Position numbers and translations under genes: made by a program. Below are positions 27,906 to 38,121 of a DNA stretch of 64,000 bases, piece by piece; position 1 is the first letter of the stretch, and each line of letters starts with the position of its first letter. The DNA comes from a virus (lineage: Duplodnaviria > Caudoviricetes), in the IMG/VR virus record IMGVR_UViG_3300028805_000041, positions 96,001 through 160,000 of that record. The stretch is one strand, 5' to 3'. The notes below the pieces were generated by a model, which saw nothing but the letters and a program-made list of their open reading frames with translations, searched no databases and was not told the DNA's origin.

Positions 27906-29705
27906 ATGAGTGTTTTACTAACAAAAAGTGACTCCTTTAAGGGAGAGTATTGTTGCAGTGTTGTGAGAATTGGAGAACTTACTCCAATCGAAGGTTCCGA
28001 TTTTCTTGCCAAGACAGATATTCTTGGAACACAAATCGTAGTTAGAAAAGATCAAGTTTCCGAAGGACAGGTAATGTTCTATTCGGGAAATGAAACTGCA
28101 CTTAATACCAAGTTCCTGTCCGTTAATAATCTGTTTGAAATTGGATGCCGTGATTTGAACGCCAATGCGGACGAAGTTAATGCTATTATGGCGGAATACG
28201 ACAAGAACTACCGTGCAGAAGCGGATGCCCTGCGCTCAAGGGCAAAGGACATCAAGTCAAAGATGAATTCCCTGACTGCAAATGCCGCAAAGTACAACAA
28301 GCAGATTAACAAGTTGAAGAAAGAACTTGAAGTAGTTGATCAAACACAAGAGGAAAGAGTCTCAGCAATTAATGCTGATATTTCTGAAAAGCAGGAAAAG
28401 GCTGACTATGCAACCTCTAAGGCTATGTCGCTTACTGTTGAATATACAAATCTTAAAAATAAGATAGAAGAACTCGTAAATGCGGGAAAACATATTGTAG
28501 ACGAGGCTAAGACTCATTGTGGCTTCTTCAACAAGTATGGGAGAGTGCGTTGTATTACGCTGAAGGGTGAGCCTTCATTCGGTTTCGTATTCGGAATTGA
28601 GGAGATGGCTAATTTCTGTCCCGAAGTGAAGGAACTCAATCTTGAGGACTACGTAGGCGAAGATTTCGACACGGTAAATGGGGAGTTGTTTGTAAAGGCA
28701 TATGTTCCGCCAATCAAGCCACAGAGTGAGGGCAAGGGTCGCGGAGAGAAGAGAAGTAAGAAACTTTCAAGATTTGACCGTCTTGTTGAGGGTGAATTTG
28801 CATTCCATTATGACACCGCTCAATTGGCTAAGTGTATGCATATGTTCTCCGCAAATGACGAGTGTGTTATGTCCGTAAAGTTGCACGGCACAAGTGCTAT
28901 CTTCTCCAAACTGCACGTAAGGGAACCAAAAAAGATTGCTTTCTATAAGCGGGTTTGGAATTGGCTTGTCGACAATACGGGTCTATTTAGAAAAACACGC
29001 TTCATTGACTACAATATTGTTTATGGTCCTGTTTACTCATCAAGAACCGTCATCAAGAACAGATATATAAATAAGGAAGTTAGTCAAGGTTTCTATTCAA
29101 AAGACATTTGGACAGAATATGGCGATATCATTTATCCTTATCTTGACGAGGGTATGACGGTATATGGCGAGATTTGCGGCTATATCACAGGTTGTCAGCA
29201 GATGATTCAGAAGCACTATGACTACGGATGTCAGCCCGGTGAAAACTTCATTATGTTCTACCGCATCTCTACCATAGGTGAAGACGGAAAGAAGAGAGAG
29301 TGGGAAGTTGATGAGGTTTATGATTGGACAGTAAAACTCATTGAGCGAATGAAGGAAAACAATGATGAGAACTATAAGAGGGTTCATCCGATTGATATCC
29401 TTTATCAGGGTACACTTGCAGAACTTTATCCTGAACTTGATCCGACAGAACATTGGAATGAGGAATGTCTCAAGAAGATGAAGGCTGATAAGGAACATTT
29501 CGGAATGGAGGAACTCGAGCCTCTCTGCAACAATGAGGTTCCAAGAGAAGGTTTTGTGCTGAGAAAAATTGGAAGTGAATTACCAAGTGCTTGGAAGTTG
29601 AAGAGTTGTGCATTTGCATTTAAGGAAGCCCTTCTTATTGATGCGGGTGAGGTAGATATGGAAATGATGGATAATTACGGAGATATTGCACAGGAAGAAA
29701 AATGA
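27906..29705 (+). CDS. RNA ligase (DRB0094/Rnl5-like) with coiled-coil insertion
   Basis: N-terminal TPIEGSD...VVRK...RV..I.LKG..S.G; nucleotidyltransferase motifs KLHGTS, SSR, YGEI, EGFVLR, WKLK. Confidence 0.85.
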   Translation: MSVLLTKSDSFKGEYCCSVVRIGELTPIEGSDFLAKTDILGTQIVVRKDQVSEGQVMFYSGNETALNTKFLSVNNLFEIGCRDLNANADEVNAIMAEYDKNYRAEADALRSRAKDIKSKMNSLTANAAKYNKQINKLKKELEVVDQTQEERVSAINADISEKQEKADYATSKAMSLTVEYTNLKNKIEELVNAGKHIVDEAKTHCGFFNKYGRVRCITLKGEPSFGFVFGIEEMANFCPEVKELNLEDYVGEDFDTVNGELFVKAYVPPIKPQSEGKGRGEKRSKKLSRFDRLVEGEFAFHYDTAQLAKCMHMFSANDECVMSVKLHGTSAIFSKLHVREPKKIAFYKRVWNWLVDNTGLFRKTRFIDYNIVYGPVYSSRTVIKNRYINKEVSQGFYSKDIWTEYGDIIYPYLDEGMTVYGEICGYITGCQQMIQKHYDYGCQPGENFIMFYRISTIGEDGKKREWEVDEVYDWTVKLIERMKENNDENYKRVHPIDILYQGTLAELYPELDPTEHWNEECLKKMKADKEHFGMEELEPLCNNEVPREGFVLRKIGSELPSAWKLKSCAFAFKEALLIDAGEVDMEMMDNYGDIAQEEK

Positions 29706-30847
29706 AATGGCTAAAGAATTTATTTAAAATAGGAATGAAGACATTCCCAAAGGATACGTCTTGGATGCTTAATGATGACTTGTCCGTCAACGTTAAGAAT
29801 GTCAGGCGTTGTAGGGAATTTGCCGTATTGAAGGAGACAAACCAAAATAGGATATTCCATAACGAGGGGAATGTTTGGAATCATACAATGCTGGTTTGTA
29901 AAGAGATGCACAAGATTATCAATGATGAACTGTCTCATTTGAGTAATAGGGACAAGAGAGTATTGATGATTGCCGCATTGTGCCATGACCTTGGAAAGGC
30001 GACAACAACCTATTTTGACAAGAATGAAAAACAGTGGCATTGTAAGAACCACGGTTTTGAGGGTGAGAAAATCACGAGAGACCTTCTGTTTGATGAACCT
30101 GATATTTGGTTTAGGGAGGAAGTGTGTTGGCTTGTAAGGTGGCATATGTCATTTCATTATCTTCTGCAAAAGGGACACAAAGAGAGATATGATGAGTTAA
30201 CGAGACTTGCACAAGGCATTTCGACAATTCAGAAACTTTTGTGGCTTAATGTCGCCGATAGTCTTGGTTCAAAGTCTGAACATAACTCAGAAGAACTTGT
30301 CGAATATCGATTTAATGAGATAAAGGATTTGGCTGTTGCAAATGATTGTTACACGAAGCGATACAAGCAGTTCAATAGCAAGGGAAGTTTCAATATGTAT
30401 TTGATGATTGGCGTTCCCGGTTGCGGTAAGGATACATATATAGAAAATATGTTACCAACCCTTGAAAACATATCAAGGGATGACATTAGGGAAATAATTG
30501 CATACGGTGATGTGAAAGGCAGAAAACTTTTACTCGAAAACAGTGAAGAAAAAAATGTTACTGATATTGTGAATTCTCGTATAAAGAAATGTTGTGAAGA
30601 AAAAAGGAGTTTCGTTATCAATCAGACAAATATGAAAAAGAAATACCGTACAGAATTAAAAGAGACGGTACTCAAATATGGAAAACCAAATATCATATAT
30701 GTTTATATTGAGGCACCTTCATTGGATGAATGTAAGAAAAGAAGAGGAAACGGAAAATGGGATGGAATAATTGACAGAATGTGGAAAAGTTTTGAGTTTC
30801 CCGATAAGAGTGAGTGTGATAATTTGATTATCTATAAACAGAAATAA
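29702..30847 (+). CDS. HD-domain phosphoesterase + P-loop polynucleotide kinase (HD-Pnk)
   Basis: H.EG.V..HT, HDLGK, WHM, AD; GVPGCGKDT, SRDDIR; ATGA overlap with ligase. Confidence 0.88.
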   Translation: MKWLKNLFKIGMKTFPKDTSWMLNDDLSVNVKNVRRCREFAVLKETNQNRIFHNEGNVWNHTMLVCKEMHKIINDELSHLSNRDKRVLMIAALCHDLGKATTTYFDKNEKQWHCKNHGFEGEKITRDLLFDEPDIWFREEVCWLVRWHMSFHYLLQKGHKERYDELTRLAQGISTIQKLLWLNVADSLGSKSEHNSEELVEYRFNEIKDLAVANDCYTKRYKQFNSKGSFNMYLMIGVPGCGKDTYIENMLPTLENISRDDIREIIAYGDVKGRKLLLENSEEKNVTDIVNSRIKKCCEEKRSFVINQTNMKKKYRTELKETVLKYGKPNIIYVYIEAPSLDECKKRRGNGKWDGIIDRMWKSFEFPDKSECDNLIIYKQK

Positions 30848-30850
30848 GTA

Positions 30851-30878
30851 ATGAGCGGCCAAATAAATGACCGCTCAT
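30851..30878. terminator. Hairpin between convergent HD-Pnk and tube genes
   Basis: ATGAGCGG/CCGCTCAT stem. Confidence 0.6.
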
Positions 30879-30906
30879 ATTGTTTTCTAAAGTTTAAATT
30901 TTTGGT

Positions 30907-31395
30907 TTAGTAACACAAAATAGCATAGTCTATTACCAGTGTGGCGGTAATATCAGCAAGTTCGTCATCTCCATAGTCGAGAGAACCGAAATTACATTCA
31001 GAAATCCATGCGTTTTTCAGAATCCATTTTTGTACACAAACGCCTGTTGGGTCAAGCATTTCGAGTTCAAGGTCTCTCTTGTAACCCGCAGCATATCCCT
31101 GACGACCTGTAACGGATTCTGATGTAAGACGTACCCATTCCATAAGTGCCTGTGAAGCCGATGGAGCAATCGGGTCGCGGAAAGTTAGCTGAATAGTACC
31201 CCACGTATATCGTCCAACAACATATGTTGAAGTGTTAAGGAATTGGATTTCCTTTGATTGTTGTGTAATAGTTGGTCTTGCAGCCGACTTCAAAAACCAT
31301 TCTGAGATGCCGAGATCACTTGGAAAACGTACAACCCATCTATTTTTCCTCAACGGTTCAAATTGAAGCGGCATTTTGGTTAGTAAGTCACTCAT
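30907..31395 (-). CDS. Tail tube protein (T4 gp19-like)
   Basis: EP.RKNRW, SAARP, GRYTW..I.LTF.D, EW, YKRD..L..LDPTG....W.L......FG.LDY; TATTTAT (-) at 31434-31440. Confidence 0.92.
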   Translation of the reverse strand: MSDLLTKMPLQFEPLRKNRWVVRFPSDLGISEWFLKSAARPTITQQSKEIQFLNTSTYVVGRYTWGTIQLTFRDPIAPSASQALMEWVRLTSESVTGRQGYAAGYKRDLELEMLDPTGVCVQKWILKNAWISECNFGSLDYGDDELADITATLVIDYAILCY

Positions 31396-31456
31396 ATTTC
31401 TTAAAATTCTTTTTTTACATTTATTATTTTACTATAAATAGACAAGACTGACAAAA

Positions 31457-31825
31457 TTACATATTATTTTCTTCGTTCTTTTTGTCGTTTGCCTTATCTA
31501 TCATTGTGAATACCTTCTTAAGAACCTCATATTGGGGGTCTTCAGGTGTCTTGCAGAGACGAACCATGCCTTTAAGGGCAATTTCACGAATCATATTGAT
31601 TGGGGAATCTTCTTGTTGTAACTCAGATTCAATTTCAGCATCCTCAGGTTTAACATCACCCTGTGGTTGTTCTACCGGTGCCCCCTCTTCAGAAAAGTTT
31701 TGTCCCTCAAGACCTTCATTTTCGTCATCGTATTCGTCTGCGAAGGCTAAAGACTCATTGATGGTTCTAATTTTAGAACACATGTTCTGTATCTCACCAA
31801 AATCTTTTGTAAAGTCCTTTTTCAT
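31457..31825 (-). CDS. Small acidic late protein with INE motif
   Basis: KIRTINES followed by acidic linker; TATTTAT (-) at 31849-31855. Confidence 0.65.
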   Translation of the reverse strand: MKKDFTKDFGEIQNMCSKIRTINESLAFADEYDDENEGLEGQNFSEEGAPVEQPQGDVKPEDAEIESELQQEDSPINMIREIALKGMVRLCKTPEDPQYEVLKKVFTMIDKANDKKNEENNM

Positions 31826-31896
31826 ACCTTATTCAATATTATTTTATTATAAATACTTAATTCTATTAAAAATAATGTATTTACATTGTTATTTAA

Positions 31897-32274
31897 ATGA
31901 TTTATTTTATATTAAATAAATATCCAAAAAGTGTGAAATATTGCAAGAAAAGGGGAATTGTTTATCTTCTTGGCGATTCTTTGAATGAAGGGGTCTTCAA
32001 AATAGGTGTTACGAGGAAGAAAATTGAGGACAGAATAAAGAAATTACAGACAGGAAATGCGGGAGAGATATATCTTGTTGACTATTATGAGACAGACACG
32101 CCGTTTTTTCTCGAAAGGGACCTTCACAAGAGATATAATTACAAGAAGGAGAATGGAGAGTGGTTTAATCTTTCGTTAGATGAGATGAAAAATTTCAAAA
32201 AACGCTGTCAAGAAATAGAAGAGATGATAAAAGCGCTGAAAGACAATCCCTTTTTCCCAAAAGATATCAAATAA
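31897..32274 (+). CDS. GIY-YIG-like (T5orf172/MUG113) nuclease-domain protein
   Basis: VYL...FKIGVT...RIKKLQTGN...LE..LH......GEWF. Confidence 0.85.
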   Translation: MIYFILNKYPKSVKYCKKRGIVYLLGDSLNEGVFKIGVTRKKIEDRIKKLQTGNAGEIYLVDYYETDTPFFLERDLHKRYNYKKENGEWFNLSLDEMKNFKKRCQEIEEMIKALKDNPFFPKDIK

Positions 32275-32317
32275 AATAAAAAAGCATTGAAAAAAATAGG
32301 GGTATATTAATTATAAA

Positions 32318-32821
32318 ATGACACAACCTGTTAGAAAAAACGTAGTAAAGCCAAAAACCAAGAAGAAAAGGGTGCAAAAGCCAAAAAGAAAACACGAAGA
32401 GTACGGTATTTCAAAACTTGAAGACAAATTTGCAAAGGAATTCTTGGATGAGTTGGGTGTCAGATATGTCAGACAGTTCAAGGCAGCATCAATTGGACGT
32501 TACTATGATTTCTATCTCCCTGACGACCACCTGTTGATTGAAGTGGACGGTGATTATTACCACAGTTATGGTAAATTATACGAGGATATGTCACCAATGC
32601 AAAAACATAACAAGAGAGTTGACAGACAAAAGGACCGTTGGGCACTTATTAACGGAATACCATTGATGAGAATATGGGAGCATGACATAAATAAGAACAA
32701 AAGTGAGGTAATGAAGAAACTAAAGGAAAGAATCGTGGTTTCAAAGACAGAAAAAGAAAAAAAAGATAAAAAAAAGAGGAGAAATTGGAATGAAGACAAT
32801 AATTTACATCCCCGTTCTTGA
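32318..32821 (+). CDS. PD-(D/E)xK endonuclease (DUF559/Vsr-like)
   Basis: SKLE, YDFY, IEVDGDYYH, KD..A...G..L.RIWE.DI; Lys-rich termini. Confidence 0.8.
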   Translation: MTQPVRKNVVKPKTKKKRVQKPKRKHEEYGISKLEDKFAKEFLDELGVRYVRQFKAASIGRYYDFYLPDDHLLIEVDGDYYHSYGKLYEDMSPMQKHNKRVDRQKDRWALINGIPLMRIWEHDINKNKSEVMKKLKERIVVSKTEKEKKDKKKRRNWNEDNNLHPRS

Positions 32822-33380
32822 TACGGTTAGTAAAAATTTCGATTATGATGGGGAACTTAGCGTTTCAGACTACAATGAAATGGTTTTTGACAACTTTAAC
32901 AGGACAAATGAGAAAATAGACGCATATGTTAACTCATATGGTATGAATGAATCCGAAAAAACAACAGAAACACGCACAGGCGGTGAGTATGACATAGATA
33001 ACACTGATGGAGAAGGGTACCAATTGAGACCGTGTGAAGCATATGTGACGGATATGGACGGCAAAAGTGCAAATGTTGGATTTTTCGAGACTCACGTTGA
33101 GAAAGGTGATATGTCGATACTGATAGTTGACATCAATCCTGAAAAAATAGACTGGGATACGTGCTCAGAACTGAAGTTTTGGATTAGTGAAAGTGATAGA
33201 ATTCTCTTGGATAAGGAGATTGATGACGATGCAAAGATAAAAATGCTCCCCAAAACCCATTTCCTGATTGATGTTAAAGAAAAGAGACTGAAATTGAATG
33301 GTTGCAAACTGATTGAAAAATATAATGAGAAAAATCACCCGTATAAATTCGGGTTGTTAATCAATAAAATAACTGAATAA
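32790..33380 (+). CDS. Hypothetical protein
   Basis: 196-aa ORF coupled to neighbours. Confidence 0.65.
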   Translation: MKTIIYIPVLDTVSKNFDYDGELSVSDYNEMVFDNFNRTNEKIDAYVNSYGMNESEKTTETRTGGEYDIDNTDGEGYQLRPCEAYVTDMDGKSANVGFFETHVEKGDMSILIVDINPEKIDWDTCSELKFWISESDRILLDKEIDDDAKIKMLPKTHFLIDVKEKRLKLNGCKLIEKYNEKNHPYKFGLLINKITE

Positions 33381-33392
33381 AAACATAGACAT

Positions 33393-34901
33393 ATGGCAAA
33401 TATAGAAGAGACTCAAATGTCTGAAAAAGACATCCAAAAACAACTTGCAATTTACAAATCATCATATGAAATGTATGAAAGGTCAAAGGTTGACACCGAA
33501 AAGAGGAGAAAAACAGCAAAGGATAAGAACGGAAACAGAATCTATACTGATGAAAGTCTTGAGGAAACACTGAAACTGATGCAGACTATGCAAGATGATA
33601 TCAAGGAAAAGTACCTGAAACTCGGTGGAAAAGAGGAAGACCTCTACATAAGCCCGAAAAGGGGTAAGGAACGCGGTGTAAAGAGGGATAGGTTAGGCGA
33701 AATCATGCGTAAACAGATCGAGATGGAAATGAACAATGAGATTGACAGTAATGAAACACAGGCAGAAACAATAATGACAACTGCTGTTATAGACGAAAAA
33801 CCAAATACCGATAACACAATGGATGATGTTGACATTATAAGTCTTGTTGACAAGGATGTCCCATTGGAGAATAAGGCAAAGTTTGAAGTAAAGCCTGAAA
33901 TGGGACCAAAGAAGAAGACTAAAAAGGCTGAGGACACAAATGATAACGTTATTGGTCTGTCATCTGCAAACATGGACATCACAAAATCATCCGGAAAGAA
34001 CATTAAATACGATGTAATTCCAATTCCGTCTGGTGGTAAGTGCTATAAACATAAGATAGGCAAAATACCCGTGGCTTATCTCACCGCATATGATGAAAAT
34101 ATGATACTCTCCCCAAATCTTTATCAGGATGGAAGTTTCTTGGACTATCTAATCAAGGAAAAGATAATGACAACACAGATAGACACTGATGAACTGTTAC
34201 CGGGTGATAGAGAGGCAATCCTCATTTGGCTTAGGGCAAGCGGATACGGTCCAATGTATCCGATTACAGCGAAGGATAAGGAGACAGGAAAGGAATTTCA
34301 AACCGAATTTGACCTTTCAAAACTCAAGTATAAAAAGTTTACACTTGTTCCCGATGAAAACGGTCATTTTGATTACACAATGCCAAAGACAGGTGATAAG
34401 ATTAAATTCAAATTCCTTTCTTATAAAGAATTAAAGGATTTGTCAGAACTTACTGTAAAGGAAGATGCTAATCTTAAGAAGGCAAAGATGATAGAAATAT
34501 CAGATAGCATAAGATACTACATTGAAGATGACAATGATATTGATATCGAAACAAAGACAAAACTTGAAAATGCTGCAAACGATATTGAGGAATATGGGAA
34601 GACACTTAACATAGAGGAAGACACATTCTTCAATCACCTTGTCACTAACAGAATGGAAAAGAATATTGTTTCTGTTAATGGTGTTACGGATAGAAAGTAT
34701 ATTTCGGAATATGTTATGTATCTTAATATTTTGGACGCTACATCATTCAGGAAATATGTAAGGGATAATGAGCCTGGTGTTGATATGAATATCACTGTTG
34801 AAAGACCGAAGAGTCTCGGAGGTGGCTCAGTAGACCTGTTTCTCTCAATTGACCAATACCTATTTCTCAACTTACCGTTCTCCGACGGAGAGAATAGTTA
34901 A
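33393..34901 (+). CDS. Baseplate hub/tail assembly chaperone (T4 gp26-like) with N-terminal extension
   Basis: IPSGG..Y, YLTA.DE.., LLPGDREAILIWLR...YG..Y, LP/MP.T...IKFKFL, D...FR.Y....PG.D; upstream of tape measure. Confidence 0.75.
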   Translation: MANIEETQMSEKDIQKQLAIYKSSYEMYERSKVDTEKRRKTAKDKNGNRIYTDESLEETLKLMQTMQDDIKEKYLKLGGKEEDLYISPKRGKERGVKRDRLGEIMRKQIEMEMNNEIDSNETQAETIMTTAVIDEKPNTDNTMDDVDIISLVDKDVPLENKAKFEVKPEMGPKKKTKKAEDTNDNVIGLSSANMDITKSSGKNIKYDVIPIPSGGKCYKHKIGKIPVAYLTAYDENMILSPNLYQDGSFLDYLIKEKIMTTQIDTDELLPGDREAILIWLRASGYGPMYPITAKDKETGKEFQTEFDLSKLKYKKFTLVPDENGHFDYTMPKTGDKIKFKFLSYKELKDLSELTVKEDANLKKAKMIEISDSIRYYIEDDNDIDIETKTKLENAANDIEEYGKTLNIEEDTFFNHLVTNRMEKNIVSVNGVTDRKYISEYVMYLNILDATSFRKYVRDNEPGVDMNITVERPKSLGGGSVDLFLSIDQYLFLNLPFSDGENS

Positions 34902-34902
34902 A

Positions 34903-35163
34903 ATGCTATATACAGTAGATGTCGAAGCATTTGAATTGAGTTTTTGGGATGAAATATATGGTTGTGTAAAATATATTGGCATACCATATGATACGGTGAT
35001 GTCAATGCCTGTTCAAGACAGGAAGGTTTGGATACAGAAACACAACATTGAAGCAAAGAAACGCGATACACCACCCGATGTAAATAAAAATGGAAGTGGA
35101 ACAATATCAGGTGAGATGTTGAACGGTTTTGCAAAACAGGAACAGATGACTGAAAAACAATAG
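34903..35163 (+). CDS. Small tail assembly chaperone (gp51-like)
   Basis: EIY..VKY.GI.Y..VM.MP...RK.WI pattern directly before tape measure; frame open from 34834. Confidence 0.65.
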   Translation: MLYTVDVEAFELSFWDEIYGCVKYIGIPYDTVMSMPVQDRKVWIQKHNIEAKKRDTPPDVNKNGSGTISGEMLNGFAKQEQMTEKQ

Positions 35164-35168
35164 AAAAG

Positions 35169-35197
35169 AATACCGCTAAATGGCGGTATTTTTTTTT
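35169..35197 (+). terminator. Intrinsic terminator
   Basis: AATACCGC/GCGGTATT + T-run. Confidence 0.85.
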
Positions 35198-35246
35198 ATA
35201 AAACTTACAACACGATATTTATTATTAAAATATATACATTATTAAT

Positions 35247-38072
35247 ATGGACGTGAACGAACTTGGAAGTTTGGAAGAAATGTCTTCTTCAATCAATAGA
35301 GCAACCGAAAGTTTAAACGGAATGAGTAACGCCGCGAGTGGCGGTGGTAAGAGCATAGGGGAACTTGGAAAAGTCGCGAAGATGGCCAAGAACCCGATAC
35401 TTGGCATGATAGACAGTGCAAGCAGATTTACTGAGCGTCTTACAAGTGTCATTGTTAGTATGACCAATTTTGCCAATCAGATAGACCAATTAGAAACCCA
35501 ACACAAACTGTTTAATCGGGAGTGGGCTAAAAGATTCCAAGAATTTGAGTTTCAGAAGGAAACCGCGAGGTTTAGTACTATACAAGCTGAAATATCACAC
35601 TCTAAGGCAAATCAGATTGTTGATTTTCAAGGACAAAAAATGCCGCTTGAAATTGCTAAGGCACGTTTAAGCATAGAACAATCGAGATTAAATTTAGAAC
35701 AAGCACAAATTGCTGCTGCAAGAGCAGAACTTGATTATACCAACAAACTTTATACCATTGAGAATAATCTCTTAAGTGCAAGGAAGGCAGCAGCCGAGGC
35801 ACCTCAGAACTATGTAAAGGCTCTCGCAAGCATTTATGAACCGTTCATAAAGATTGATCAGGCTGCTTCAACATATACAAAGACTGTCGGTGGTTCAAGA
35901 GAATCAATGAAAGCCTTGAGAAAGGAAACAATTGATCTTGGTAACGAGAGACATTTACAAGCCAAATACAACACATCCGTAGAGGAACTTATAAACCTAC
36001 AGACAAAGTATAATGCAGAACTTGGGCGTTCAGTAAAATTGACAAATGACCAAAAGGAAGGTCTTGCTGCATTAAGACAGGTGTATGGTGATGATAAGGC
36101 GATTGAATTTGCAACGAAGTTAAGTTCGTTCGGTTATGATATGACAAGGGCTTCAGGTCTTGCAGGTAAACTGTTTGCTGAGGCTTCTAAAAGGGGTATA
36201 GCATTAGATAAATACTCTAAGAATCTCCTGACTAATATAAAAATGGCTCAGACTCTTACATTTGAGAAGGGTATAAATGGGCTTAAGGAGATGGCGGCAA
36301 GGGCTACTGAATTGAATTTCAATATGCAGGAAACCGCAAAGGCTTCAGAAAAGTTGTCAACACTTGAAGGTGCACTTGAGGCTTCATCACAACTTGCGGT
36401 TCTTGGCGGTAATTTCTCGCTTTTCTCCAATCCGCTTGCAATGTTCCATGAAGCACTCAGTGATGCTGAAGGTTTACAAGACAGGATAATCAACCAATTT
36501 AGCGGACTTGCAAGTTGGGACTCCAACAGGGGTCAGATATATATGTCGGGATATGACAGAATCCGTATGAGAGAGGCTGCGAAGGCAATGGGTATGGATC
36601 CGTCAGAGGTTTCGAACATGGTATTTGAGAAAGCAAGGCGAGACAAACTTGCTCCTGAGATAAGCAGACTTGGAGTAAGTGATGAAATAGGTAGACTGTT
36701 GTCAAATGTTGCTCAACTTGACGAAAACGGAAACGGTTATATTAATATCAACGGTAATAAGACATCGCTTCAGGAAGCGGCACAAATGAATCCGGAAGAA
36801 TTGTCTAAGATACTAAGGACAGAAAATAATTCAGACAGTGAAAATATTGCCGAAATTGCACAAAGTGTACTTTCAATTAAGGATAATGTTGAGGGTTGGT
36901 CAAAATCACTTGGTGACACGATGGCATCAAGTCTTGAAAAGACCGGAATGGGTGACTCATTTGGTGAAATGATTAAAGAAGAAGCCTCTACGAGTTCGAT
37001 AATGAGCCAATTTGCTAATGACGTACTGAAAACATCAAAAGATAAGGCAGATTTTGATAAAAAAATAGCTGCTTGGAACAAGGAATATGCTGAATCAACT
37101 TATGATTATGAGAAACAAATGGCAAGAATTCAGAAGGAGCAAACAATTTTAGCAGGGGCCTCAGCCGATTATAACTACAAAACCGCATTATACGCCGTCC
37201 AAGAAGCAAAACTTAGCCTTGCACAACTTGACTTGGGCTTGAGACAGGCAAGATTTAGAGAGGAAATAAGTCTACCACTACAAAGGGCACAATTGGAATT
37301 AAATTATCGTCAGGCTAAACGTATGGATGACATTTACGAAATCCAACGCATACAAATTGTTATGCAGATGGTTAAAGAAGCATCAAGTATAATACCAATA
37401 CTTGGTCCGTGGGTTGCAGGTATTTTTACTTCTATTGCTAATATGGGAACAGTAATTGGACATCTGTCTAAAGATTTAAAATCAGATGGTGAATCGCTTG
37501 CCAAAATTGCGGGTATAGACACAAGTGGTTATAAGAAATTTAAAAAGCCGGATATAGAAGGGACATTCAATTATGCCAAAAATTATGATGTCAGAGATTT
37601 AGAAAATAGATTTGACACGGGCGGCAAAGTCAATAATTATGGCGGTTTATTAATCGGTCCTTCTCATTCTGATGGCGGCATAAGAATAGAAGCACAAGGT
37701 GGAGAGTACATAATGCCGAGAGAACAGACGGCGATGTATTATGGCATTTTGGAGGCAATGAGAAGCAAGTCATTCCCGACAGGAAATGGTGGTTTCAATT
37801 CAATGAGTGTTAATAACACGAGCACAAGCATATACAGTGGCGGATATTTGGGTGGAGGCTCCGAAAATAGAACAAATGAACCTTTGAGATTGGATGTTAC
37901 GGGAACAATAACGCTTGACCTTTCAGGCTCTACCGCTAATATTGATGCCGAAGACCTACTGAAGGAGCCACTATTGTCACAATTAGTTGCGGCAATTTCA
38001 AGAAGTCAGAACAACTACAACAACTATGGTGTGGCGTCTGAAAAGAATTTGTTCGGACCGTGGAGAATATAA
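35247..38072 (+). CDS. Tape measure protein
   Basis: Ala/Leu/Glu-rich helical 941 aa; GG...GPSH..GGI.IEA.GGEYIM motif; follows chaperones; TATTTAT at 35216-35222. Confidence 0.8.
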   Translation: MDVNELGSLEEMSSSINRATESLNGMSNAASGGGKSIGELGKVAKMAKNPILGMIDSASRFTERLTSVIVSMTNFANQIDQLETQHKLFNREWAKRFQEFEFQKETARFSTIQAEISHSKANQIVDFQGQKMPLEIAKARLSIEQSRLNLEQAQIAAARAELDYTNKLYTIENNLLSARKAAAEAPQNYVKALASIYEPFIKIDQAASTYTKTVGGSRESMKALRKETIDLGNERHLQAKYNTSVEELINLQTKYNAELGRSVKLTNDQKEGLAALRQVYGDDKAIEFATKLSSFGYDMTRASGLAGKLFAEASKRGIALDKYSKNLLTNIKMAQTLTFEKGINGLKEMAARATELNFNMQETAKASEKLSTLEGALEASSQLAVLGGNFSLFSNPLAMFHEALSDAEGLQDRIINQFSGLASWDSNRGQIYMSGYDRIRMREAAKAMGMDPSEVSNMVFEKARRDKLAPEISRLGVSDEIGRLLSNVAQLDENGNGYININGNKTSLQEAAQMNPEELSKILRTENNSDSENIAEIAQSVLSIKDNVEGWSKSLGDTMASSLEKTGMGDSFGEMIKEEASTSSIMSQFANDVLKTSKDKADFDKKIAAWNKEYAESTYDYEKQMARIQKEQTILAGASADYNYKTALYAVQEAKLSLAQLDLGLRQARFREEISLPLQRAQLELNYRQAKRMDDIYEIQRIQIVMQMVKEASSIIPILGPWVAGIFTSIANMGTVIGHLSKDLKSDGESLAKIAGIDTSGYKKFKKPDIEGTFNYAKNYDVRDLENRFDTGGKVNNYGGLLIGPSHSDGGIRIEAQGGEYIMPREQTAMYYGILEAMRSKSFPTGNGGFNSMSVNNTSTSIYSGGYLGGGSENRTNEPLRLDVTGTITLDLSGSTANIDAEDLLKEPLLSQLVAAISRSQNNYNNYGVASEKNLFGPWRI

Positions 38073-38121
38073 GTTGATTTTAATGAATAGAAATATTATT
38101 TTTAAATAATCACTATATACA

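Noticed and set aside
31897-32821. Nuclease pair as a mobile element or defence system
   Set aside because: No flanking repeats, methylase or partner genes; such small nucleases are common in large phages
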